From Girardia tigrina (Eukaryota), in NCBI GenBank assembly GCA_001938485.1, contig MQRK01248166.1:1-58376 (forward strand): 58,376 bases of DNA. The letters run 5' to 3'. The notes beneath the pieces were generated by a model, which was not told the origin of the DNA, searched no databases, and saw nothing but the letters and a program-made list of their open reading frames with translations. Position 1 is the first letter of the stretch, and every line of letters starts with the position of its first letter. Of this stretch, positions 13,574 through 24,298 are shown in pieces. Both the position numbers and the translations under genes were made by a program.

Positions 13574-14465
13574 CAGTTGTGGCCAAAAGTCTTTATGCCT
13601 TCCTAAAAATGTATGAAAAAATTAATTTTCATTAACAACGTTTTATTTTTCTTTGTTCTATCACATTAATTGCATTACTGACATTGTTTTAAATACCTTA
13701 CGACTGTTTCTATAAGATGTAAGTTAAAATTGTTAAGAAACATTAGTATTTATTAATTTAATGCATTGCTAAAGGACTGGATGCGAAAAATATTACTAAC
13801 TTTAAAATCCTCTATCTTCAAAACCATATTTTTGATTGAAAAAATACCGACTGTTTTGAAAAATGTTTTTAATTCAAAATAATTTTAGTAAGCTAAGAAA
13901 GACTATATATTTTTTTAATAAATTTCCTTTTCCGGAATGCCTGTTGCAAGCTTGCAATTGTAGTTTCTGTCCCGTTTTTGGCTGCATTATTCCACTTGTT
14001 CCGAAAATCTGCAATTATCTGTGCTCTCTTGTTTTTCGTTTTTAATTGCCTTTTTACAATGGCTCAATATCTTGGGCGAAGCTCTGAACAATTTATTGGA
14101 TTTGCCTCTCTTTGCACTAAATCGACATTATTGTCTTCGTATCACTTCTTGATTGCCTTACCATAGTGATACGATGCCTAGTCCGGCCTAAAGAAAGTAA
14201 GACCTCCGTGCTGACTTATGAATGGTAATAAACGCTTTTGCCAGCACTCCTTCACAAAGACTTCTGAGTTTATTGTGCCAGATGTGACAAAGCATTTTAT
14301 CCTTTTCCCGTATCCATATATAGCCTGCCAAACAAGAAATGTTTGGGAAACTTTTTTTCTTGCTTTTATATTTTTCTTCAACTCCTCCTCTCTTAGTTGC
14401 AGAGTAAAATTTTTGTCCTGGTAGCTGGGTAAACTCGCAGAGCACATAAGTCTCATCATCCATAA
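13574..14465 (-). mobile_element. Tc1-like transposon fragment
   Basis: TA|CAGTTGTGGCCAAAAG terminus; minus strand has MDDETYV, FLVWQAI and FRPDLA motifs. Confidence 0.85.
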
Positions 14466-14828
14466 TGTTTCGGTTCGATTTGAATAGGTTTTATTAGTAA
14501 GATCATTGCTGGATTTATCAAAAATCAGCAATATCTAATTCATCGGCGATTCGATTATCGCATTAATGAATTTATTTCCTTCAATTTTTGTCAAATAATT
14601 TGCGCTTGTACAGTTAGGATGGAAAGCCAAATCGATTAATCCTGGAACTGTCAAATCCGATTCTTTGTGGATCAATTTCACGAGAAATTTATTCGGTAAA
14701 ATGTGACTTCTTTCAAAATTCAAATTGAAAATTTTTGGTTTGCAGTGATTATTAAAGATAAATATCGCTTGCATTATTATCAAAAAAATAAACTGCAATC
14801 AAAACGATTAATCACAAATCGAAAACGA

Positions 14829-15152
14829 AATTTAAAATTGGCTTGGTTATTATTGGCTCGAAATACAGCTAAGCCAGAAATACAGTTGTGGCCAAAAGTC
14901 TTTATGCCTTCCTAAAAATGTATGAAAAAATTAATTTTCATTAACAACGTTTTATTTTTCTTTGTTCTATCACATTAATTGCATTACTGGCATTGTTTTA
15001 AATACCTTACGACTGTTTCAATAAGATGTAAGTTACAATTGTTAAGAAACATTAGTATTTATTAATTTAATGCATTGCTAAATAAGGACTGGGTGCGAAA
15101 AATATTACTAACTTTAAAATCCTCTATCTTCTAAACCATATTATTGATTGAA
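14829..15152 (+). repeat. ~320 bp direct duplication of 13519-13840 (Tc1 end plus flank)
   Basis: Near-identical sequence in the same orientation, including ~55 bp outside the TIR. Confidence 0.9.
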
Positions 15153-15311
15153 TTTATTTTTGATTATTAAAACAACTCAATTTACTGTTCCAGAAATTCA
15201 TAATTACAATTTTTAATTTAATTTTTAACAAATCAACAAAAAATTACAACAAATTTTTTTTATAAATACATATATATGTATGAAGAATTTTTCTGTCGTA
15301 CTTTTAATAAA

Positions 15312-15356
<45 letters not shown>

Positions 15357-15362
15357 AGTGCC

Positions 15363-15876
15363 CTACTTATTATGGACATTGGACAGGAAGCCGTGTCTCC
15401 ACGATTTTTTAGGAAGAGAGGTGGACAAAAAACGGTAATAATCGCCTTTCATTTTTAAGAAGAACACTTTAGCTTCACCGCCATTTGAAGCCACCAACAA
15501 GAACTCATCGAGTAAGGCTATTATATCAGCGCAGACTTCTTTCAATNNNNNNNNNNNNNNNNNNNNNNNNNNNNNNNNNNNNNNNNNNNNNNNNNNCAGC
15601 GCAGACTTCTTTCAATTCTTTTTTAATTTGACTTCGGTAGGTTTTAATCAATGGAAGTCGAGAAGGATCTTTTTGTTCGATGCTACTCATTATCCTCCAT
15701 GATGCTCTCCGACTTTCGATTACGTTTTTATATGCTACGGATAATAAGTTACGCTCTTCCATGTTCAATTCGCCGGTCATTTTAGCGACATATCTCATCG
15801 CATCAACCATTTCATCATATCTTTCAGCCTGTTCAGCTAATTTAGCTCTATACACTTTCGTTTCTCTATCGGCCAT
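15363..15876 (-). CDS. Truncated 14-3-3 protein (epsilon-like N-terminal ~127 aa plus a 20-aa foreign tail)
   Basis: [31 protein letters not shown] and [13 protein letters not shown]; collapsing the 20-bp overlap around the 50-N gap gives one intronless 147-aa ORF; C-terminal helices absent. Confidence 0.9.
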
Positions 15877-16641
15877 TTCGTTTATCAATTTATTCTTTTT
15901 TTTTAATTGAAAATCAAACTTGACAAAAATAAAATCAACTTTTATTTCATGAAACTCTTTTACCGTTCCAAATTGGATGCAGAGAAAAAATTGAAAATTG
16001 TTAATTGTTTTTAAAAATTGGAATTGTGAGAAAGTCACATACATTTTTCAAAAAAAATTATAAACACACAGACATAACAAACACACACGCACTTTATCCA
16101 TTTACATTTACATTCAACACAAACATGCAAACATTCACACAAACAAACAAAGACACACTTACACAGTGGCAGAGAAATAATTTTCCATTTCATTCCATAT
16201 GAGGCTCACCACTTCAATAATTTCCAAATTGACCAATATTCCAATTTGATTTCAAACAAAAATAAAAAATGAATGAATGAGGCTCACAATTCGAATGAAA
16301 TTGCATAATTTGACCTCATTTAAATCGATCGATTACCACGAACATTTTCCTTCTCTTTAAAAATTCGAGAATTTCAATAAAGAAACTATGAAATTCGGCA
16401 ATAAAAAAATACTAAATATCTGTCTCTTATTTAATTGTTTCCACATTCAGATACCCATTTATTTAATTTAATTAATCTATTTAATTTATTTAACTATTTT
16501 TAATTATTAATTTTATTTATTTTTTTCGTTTATTTAATTTAATTAATTTATTTTCTTTTAATTTAATAATTTAATTATATTTTTATTTATATACTGAGAC
16601 TGGCAAAAATGTTCGGTCAAAATTGGCAATTCTCCGTTCCA
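15380..16641. mobile_element. 1.26 kb insertion with TGGA...TCCA ends and 5-bp target duplication, carrying the 14-3-3 fragment
   Basis: GACAT at 15375-15379 and 16642-16646; the uninterrupted site (ttatgGACATcaaaatt) is preserved in the right arm near 20240-20256. Confidence 0.75.
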
Positions 16642-16759
16642 GACATCAAAATTAATAATAACGAAAAATGATTGAAAATTGATTATGATGGATTTGTAAA
16701 TAATTGTTATAAAATTGTTTAATGAATAAATTCATTTCGTTCCTATTATTATTTTTTTT

Positions 16760-17641
16760 GATTTGTCTGAGTTTCCTGGTGTATCCTTGTTATACCCATT
16801 GTTTTGACAATGTTGATTTATGAGTATTTTGGTCGGAATACTTTTTGTTAGCACATCCTTAACGGATGGTTTTAGTTGTGAATCTTTTTTCTGTTATTTG
16901 TGTGTGCTTATTTGTTAATTTAGTAATGTTCATGTGGTTGACTTCCGAATATGTTAGATTTTCTCTGGTTTCTGTTGTCTTTTTGCGCTGTTTCAGTATT
17001 TTTATTGGTGACTAAATTTCTTTTGTAGTTATTTTTGATTTTTGAATTGTAAAAGGTGCGAAATTTTGTTTTGTAAATATTATTTTTGTGTTTGAAAGAG
17101 CAAGGGTACTGGCATTTGAGTGCGTTGTTATTGAATGTAGTGTGATACCAGCAATTTTTCTTTTTATCTTCTATTGGTTTTTCTTCAACCTTTTTGTAAT
17201 TTCCTTTTTCTTCTTTTATAAATGTGGTAATTCTCTCCTTAAGATATCATTTCAGACCCGAAATTTTTATATATAAAATTTTATTTTCATTTTCTATTTT
17301 TTTAATCTTCTGTAACAAATATTCTACTATATGTGTATTTGTATTTCCCGTTTGGTTTTTAATTTGTACTTCAATATTATTAGATTATTCATCCAGTTTT
17401 TTATGGATTGAATGTTTTTAGAATTGCGATTTCTGTGATTTGTTTGTTAGAAAACTGATATGATTGATGTAGTTCGGTATTATGGTTTTTTGAGTATTTG
17501 AGTGTGGTACTGTGTTTACATAGTTATTATAGTTGAATGTCGATGATCTAATTTTATAAGGTGGCATCTATATTTATTTACTTTTTTAATCGTAGATTGT
17601 TGTGTCATGTTGTTTTGCGGGTTCTTTGACTTCTGACATCA
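16760..17641 (-). mobile_element. Decayed Gypsy internal region (PBS plus gag)
   Basis: PBS-like TGATGTCAGAAGT at 17641-17629; knuckle NCWYHTTFNNNALKCQYPC at ~17155-17099. Confidence 0.75.
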
Positions 17642-17657
17642 ATTTTTGAGAAAGGAA

Positions 17658-17806
17658 TGTATCCTCAATCTGTCGAAAAAAATAATTCCAGGAACGAAAT
17701 GAATCTATTCAATTGTTGAGGACAGAAGATGTCCTAAATCTGCCGAAAAAAATTATTCCTGGAACGAAATGAATTTATTCATTAAACAATTTTATAACAA
17801 TTATTT
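17658..17806 (+). repeat. Partial copy of the LTR-like repeat
   Basis: Matches 20048-~20197, starts TGTATCC, is preceded by purine tract gagaaaggaa and contains an internal tandem duplication. Confidence 0.85.
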
Positions 17807-18176
17807 TGTAAGGGTGACCGTACTTGACTAAAATATATCTCACGATATAAATAACTAGTTCGGTGATTAACAAAAATAAAAACAAAATAAAATTTTCTCA
17901 AACAAAATATATTAAACCTACAATCACAAAAAAGTAAAATAATACAAATTCGTCAATGTTTTACCAACAACAACAAAAATGTCACTTTAGGAAAATCCGA
18001 ATAAATTCGGGAAAGCGAATTCAAAGTCTTTAACTGTTCGTCGTCAAGTATTTTTTCTTTTAATTTTTTTTTATTTTTGTTAATCACCCAACTAAATTAA
18101 TCAAATTTAATTCCTTTGATTAGTTTAGTTATTTATATGGTGAGATATATTTTATTCAAGTACAGTCCCCCTTACA
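17807..18176. repeat. TG...CA fold-back segment (LTR-like, long terminal inverted repeats)
   Basis: TGTAAGGG(t/g)GAC(c/t)GTACTTGA-TAAAATATATCTCAC-ATATAAATAACTA inverted at both ends (~51 bp, extending further across an indel); followed by PBS-like tggagtcaga at 18181. Confidence 0.8.
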
Positions 18177-18180
18177 AAAC

Positions 18181-20047
18181 TGGAGTCAGAGACAAAGGAA
18201 CCCAACAATAAAACACACTCACAGACAACATATAACACAATATACATAATAATAATGCTCAGACAAAAAAAATATTCAAAAAAATACAATTCCGAAACAA
18301 AGCCCTTATAAATCAAACAATCAAGATATACCAAAATCACAAAACAAACTCAACAACTTCAATGATACAAATAACAATTCAAAATACAAAAGCACATACA
18401 CACAAAGAACCAATAAAACTATTAAATACACATATCAGAGTATTTTAATGACGACAACAACACCCCCATTACATGGTTCACACAGCAATCAATTTAGTAC
18501 ACCTCGAGAACGTCCACGAAGAACATGAAATCAGCTGTGCCATCATTATGAAATTACCAGCACAAATAATTAAACAAATAACTAACGAAATTGAACAACT
18601 TTAAAAATCAAAGATCCCACTCGATTTACTAAGAAAAACACTAAATGAAAAATTTACAAATATCAACAGAAATATCCTAAATCGTTGTATTGAAAATAGA
18701 TATTTAGGCTACCGAAAACCCTCATAAATTTACAGAAGCCTAAAACAAAAACTAAATCAAATAGAAAAAAATTCAGAATTCACGAAAACATTCTTTTTAA
18801 GATCGTTACCAGACAACATTAGAATTCAATTAGCAACAGCAACAACAGATTCCGGAGAAGAACTAGCAACACTTGCAGACAAATTATACGCAGAAACAAA
18901 TCACGAAATTAATCATATCTATAACAAGAACCAAAAAGAAACAAACGAAAATCAAAATATTCTAATAGAAATCAACAAGCAACTTGAAAAATTCAACAAT
19001 CAATTCATAAACCTTTAAAACAGCTTAAGGAACCTCGAAATAAATACAAACAAACCAACCCATAAACAAAAAACGATAGATAGAAAAATGAACACAAACA
19101 CCACATCAAACGAAAACAAAAACGGATTATGCTGGTATCACGAAAAATTCGGTGTTGTAAAAAATTTGTTGAAAAAAAAGAAAGTGTTGTTGAAAAATTC
19201 AGAGCCCTTGTAAATATAACAATTTAAACCAAGAAAGTCACCTTCCTCAGCACCAAGGATAGGCGACATCTAAACCACTTTCAAGGTGCAACCAAAAAAC
19301 CAAAATTTCAGTTTGTTAGTTGATACAGGTTCTATCGTTTCAGTGTTTCCAGTTAATACAGTTAATATTCGACCAATAAATAGTCATAACCAACCACTTT
19401 TCGCAGCCAACGGCACAAAAATCAAAACTTTCGGTACTAAAAACATAAACCTTACCATTAATGAACAAAGTTATAAATGGACTTTCATCATAGCAGATAT
19501 AACAAATCCGATATTAGGAGCAGATTTTTTAAGTCATTATAACTTTTTAGTGGACAGTAAAAAAAAATTACACGACCAAAACTTCAAAACATCAACAAAT
19601 TTAATTAGAAATCAAAGCAATGCAATCAGAACAATTTTCACTCACAGAAACCTGAAAACAAATTTTTCAATGACAACCATGTAATAAAGGGTAAAAACAA
19701 AAAATACAATCCATTTAACAAATCAGACATCAATTTACACAACAAAGCAAACACAACAAACCGATACACTCATACAAACAAAATAAACTCATATGATAAA
19801 ATTAATAAAACTTTTGAAAGAAGGATATTTCAAAACTCTGGAAAAGATTACCACAAACCAATATTAACATTAAACGACCTCATGAGCAAACATAGTAAAT
19901 GCGCACTAATAAGAAATGACCAAGAGAAAAATTCCAAAGAAAATATTGAAATTCCAACATTAAGAAATGAAGATCAAAAATCCTCGAAAAAACAGTCAAC
20001 AGAAATTTCAAGCTAGAACGGTTAGAACCCATCTCAAAAATGAAGAA
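18181..20047 (+). mobile_element. Gypsy internal region: PBS, decayed gag, aspartic protease; no RT or integrase seen
   Basis: FFLRSLPDNIRIQL..LADKL; LCWYHEKFG at ~19127; protease LVDTGS...AANGT...ILGADFL in 19286-19684; purine-rich tract before 20048. Confidence 0.9.
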
Positions 20048-20272
20048 TGTATCCTCAATCGGTCGAAAAAAATAATTCCAGGAACGAAATGAATCTATTC
20101 AATTGTTGAGGACAGAAAATGTCCTAAATCTGTCGAAAAAAATAATTCCAGGAACGAAATGAATTTATTCATTAAACAATTAAATAACAATTATTTACAA
20201 ATCCATCATAATCAATTTTCAATCATTTTCGTTATTATTAATTTTGATGTCCATAATAAGTAGGGCACTACA
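20048..20272 (+). repeat. Complete LTR-like repeat (TGTA...TACA)
   Basis: TG/CA ends, preceded by aaaaatgaagaa; other copies at 17658 (+) and 15354/16642 (-). Confidence 0.8.
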
Positions 20273-20334
20273 TGTATATACCCTGTTTTATGGTTATAAG
20301 GTACCACTGCTTACTTAGGTGTCACCTTATTAAA

Positions 20335-21356
20335 TTTTTTATTCGACCACAAAGAAAGTGTGCCATAGAGAGGAAAAGGTGATAGTTGGTGGCGCAAGAT
20401 CCGGACTATACGCTAGGCGTGGAAGAAGTTCAAAGGCGTCGAGACTTTTGATTTTTTCCTTTGTTTGTTTGGCGGTTGGCGGTTTTGCATTGTCCTGTTG
20501 TAGAAGAACTCGCTTTCTATTGATCAAAGCGGAGTATTTCTCGCCAAGTGTCTCATACATTCGATCAAGTTGGGCGCAGTAAAGGTTAGTGTCGATGGTA
20601 CGACCATTTGGAACCAGCTCGAAGTGAATCACGCCTTCGAAATTTCACCAAACACACAAAAGTGCCTTCCTTGAGAAGCAATCTCGTTTCTCTACCGTTC
20701 TCGCCATTTGTCCGAGGTCCAACCATTGATTTTGTTGGTCTGGATTACTGAAGTAAACTCACGTTTCATCGCAAGTTACAATTCGACGGATGAAACGGTC
20801 ATCGCGCGGATTTTCAAGCAATTTTTGACAAGTTTCGAAACGCTTTTCGGCTTGAATTTGTGTTAATTCATGAGGCACTTCTCGACATCGTCTATTAACC
20901 TTGCCAAGAGCGTGAAGGTGTTGTACAATGGATGTTTGAGTAATATCGAGTTTGGTCGATAATCTGCGAGTACTTATTGACGGATTTGTCTCAACGGCTT
21001 CACGAATTGCTCCGGAATCTACGGTGATAGGTTGGCCTGAACGTGCATTGTCTCCGAGGTCAATGTGGCATTTTGAACCAACTTCGCATATCTTCTTTGT
21101 TGCTGCAGTTGCGTTTAAGCCCTGTTTCCAGTAATGGCGTAAAAGAACACGAATTTCAAAATTTTCCATGATTTTTCTAAAAGACCATAAAAATTATATT
21201 AACGACTAATTAGAAGTTTTAATATATATTGTGATAGAACAGTTCAAGAGCTTTAAAAACATATAACACCTGTATATAAAATATCTTTATTTGGTAATAA
21301 GAAACAATTGAACAAAAAGACGTAGAAAATTCGAAAAGACTTTTGGTTCACCCTAA
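20335..21356 (-). mobile_element. Mariner transposon, 3' end missing
   Basis: ORFs 20759-21169 and 20339-20632 (VPHEL, TCDE, QDNAKP, YSPDLAP); TIR ...GGTTCACCCTAA|TA. Confidence 0.92.
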
Positions 21357-21634
21357 TAATTATCATTATTTAAAACAAATTAAAATCAATATTATTTAAG
21401 AAATACATTTTTTTCAAAATGTTTTAATAAAAATTAACAGAAAAAAAACACAAGAATTACGATAAATGAATTATTGAGAATTATGTTAGGATCATCAGAT
21501 CAAAAAACATTTTTTAGTACATTCAAAATAAAAAGAATTTTAGTATTTGTATAATTATTAATATAAATACTGTCATTATCATTATTAATATTACTTGCAA
21601 AATATTTCAACAAGAAAAAATATTTTTAAAATAC

Positions 21635-21678
21635 ATTGTTATTAATTTCGACGGATCAACCTTTATCATCAGACATAA
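21635..21678 (-). ncRNA. Degenerate minimal hammerhead motif (inverted pLTR of the adjacent Penelope-like element)
   Basis: Minus strand CTGATGA-taaaggttgatccgtc-GAAA-TTAA-TA; palindromic stem III ATTAAT; stem II partly mutated. Confidence 0.5.
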
Positions 21679-21689
21679 TTAACTATATA

Positions 21690-22086
21690 TTGACATGTTT
21701 AAACTATCCCATGTATGTGGCGTCACACACTTTACATTGATAATGAAACACTAAATCAGAATATTAAACAGTTTTACTCATCGATTTATTGCTGAACAAA
21801 GTTCCTATCTTTTATGATTCTGACTCAATTTTTATATTGAATATATTATATTCATCATATTTCATAATAGAGGTTATGAATTTTCTGAATCCTTTAGAGT
21901 AGGGAACAATCAAAACAAACCAAAATTTTCATAATTAGTAATATCTATCTGATCATGAATGCTTATCATATCAGACTCAATGTAATGCATGTGACTCCGC
22001 AAACATTGGACAGATTGGTCGTCATCTTAGTAAACGAATCCAGGAACTTAATCGAAGAGAAAGTAAAAGTAATAACATTGTTTAAA
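21690..22086 (+). mobile_element. Penelope-like GIY-YIG fragment interrupted by a mariner
   Basis: YQTQCNACDSANIGQIGRHLSKRIQE. Confidence 0.75.
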
Positions 22087-22088
22087 TA

Positions 22089-23259
22089 TTAGGTTTTTTA
22101 AAAAATAATGTCATTTTTTAACCTCAATCTATAAAGACAAATATCTCAGCGTAGAATCAACTTTATTATTATTAAATAAAATTCGTTAGCATTAATACAC
22201 TTTTGCTAACGTTGCACAAATTTATTTATAACGGTTCCATAAAATTCTGGCTTTCTGGAGACGATGAAATCGTTAAAGGTAATTTTAGCATCCTCTTGAT
22301 TTTTGAAGTATTTCTCCTGGAGGAAAATGTCAAGATGTTTGAGAAAGTGTAATCAGTAGGCGAGAAATCAGATGTGTATGTTGGATGACTCAAAGTTTCG
22401 TAACCAAGTTCTTTCAACAGTTGCATTGCCAGACGTGCGATGTGGCCGAGCGTTGTCATGGAGAAGAATAGGCCCCTTCCTATTGACTAATGCGAGTTTG
22501 TGTTTCATTTTGACAATTTCCTGACAGTATCTCTCTGCCATAATTGTTTTTCCTGGATTTAGGAAGCTATGGTGAATAACAGCGGCTGCAGACCCCCAAA
22601 CAGTCACCATCATTTTTTTTGGTACACATTCGGTCTTGAAAAGGGTTGCGAAGCTTGATCATGGTCCAACCATTGAGAAGAACGTCTCCAATTGCGTGTG
22701 ACGCCGCAAACATTGGACAGATTGGTCGTAATCTTAGTAAACGTATGGAATCCATTTATCCAGTTTTTTTAGACTTCCCGATGTCACACAGATGGTTTGA
22801 CACCTAGTTCCTCTGCAAGCTGTTGAACTGTTGTTCGTGGATTTGCTTCTAGTAGAGCCTTCAAATTTTTATTTACAATAGCAGCTTTCCGTCCACGGCT
22901 ATCATCATCTTTGAGGGTCTCATCTCCTTAAAAGTTTTTGAACCAACGTTGTAACATGTGTTCGATTGTGGATTCATCGCCTAATGCACCGTTGATAATT
23001 CGGGTGGCCCCCGATGCTTTATGGCCAAGTTTGAATTCATATAAAAAATTGCTCGTAATTGCGCTTTTTGCATATTGACAACTATTTAAATAAACACTAT
23101 TTGAAAGTTAATATTTAAACAAAGTATCGCAGAAATATAGAGCTTTTCAAAAGCTTTAAAATTATTTACAAAACATAAATAAATGATAAAGATTTATTTC
23201 AAAACATGATCAAAAATCAGGACCATGCAAAAAATGACATTATTTTTTAAACATCCTAA
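22089..23259 (-). mobile_element. Mariner transposon, decayed, with internal filler DNA
   Basis: TIRs TTAGG...AAAAAATAATGTCATTTTT with TA duplication; LLHDNARPH and SPTDY motifs. Confidence 0.92.
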
Positions 23260-24298
23260 TAGTAAAGTTGATTTAAGTAATTTTATGGATTAAACTCTCT
23301 AAAAATCCTTAATTCAATATATCAATTATATATAATTTATAACATATCAATTAATTTGTAATAGAAAAATCCATTATTTTTATTGCAAATAATTTTACAA
23401 AATACATAAAAAAACATGAAGAAAAATTCTTTTCAGCATCTCTATTAATATAATCATTTTTGTTGATACAAATATGTATGAAATATGTTTTAAAATACTG
23501 ATAAAATATTTATTTTGAGTTCTAACTTTGAAAAATTAAGTGTCGAGGGAAATCAAGAAATAAACGTTATTTGTTTGACAATTACAATAATAAATTATTG
23601 GATTGTCAGTAAGGTTTTAAATGGTTATTTTTATTTATATAAAATATTATATTTTTATATCAAATATTATATATAAATATATAAATATATATATACATGA
23701 AAAACAATGATAAATAGAGTTTTATTTTTTTGTTTATGAAAAAAAGACAATTATTGAAAACCAATATTTACACTCATCGAAAATATATAAACTACTCAGA
23801 GTTTCGGTAAACAAATTGGGGACATTTTTGCATTGTTCGTTTGTTTCAATATTGACACAAATGAAAGATTAAATAAGCAAAATTTGAACTAAAATATATA
23901 TAATTTTTCATTAGAAATTAATTACCCTTGAGAATTTGTTTCTTTTAAAACTATAGTCTGTGCCATTTGTTCGGTTTGTAGTTTTTAAGGACTTTTTTGA
24001 GACACTTGTTCAGAAGAAGTCGATTTTCTTTTACTTCAGAAGAATTTAGAAAATCCAGGAGGAGACTTGTGGATAAGAAGGAATAGCTTTACATTATAAA
24101 AGGCAAAATATATTAAAAAAAATTTAAGACTTATATTAATAAATTTTATGTCAAAGTAATTTATTTTATATTTTTGAGAAAAAGTAAATATTTTATAAAA
24201 TTATAACTCTTTTTATTCTATTTAATCTCTTTTTTTATTCAATATATTTTTTAAAAAAATTTATTTTATAGAATAAACTTGTAAGGGTATTTGTAGTA

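Larger units (their letters stand above)
15354..20272. mobile_element. Composite Gypsy-derived element with inverted LTR-like termini
   Basis: TGTAGTGCCCTACTTATTATGGACAT at 15354 is the exact reverse complement of 20247-20272; the arm resumes at 16642-16743; left end abuts (TA)n; flanks are tatat / tgtat. Confidence 0.75.

Noticed and set aside
15527-15616. Apparent 20-bp internal duplication in the 14-3-3 CDS
   Set aside because: It flanks a 50-N gap; best explained as an unmerged contig overlap
17660-17785. Repeat-spacer-repeat pattern that could suggest CRISPR
   Set aside because: Only two units, inside an LTR-like repeat in a eukaryotic context; no cas genes
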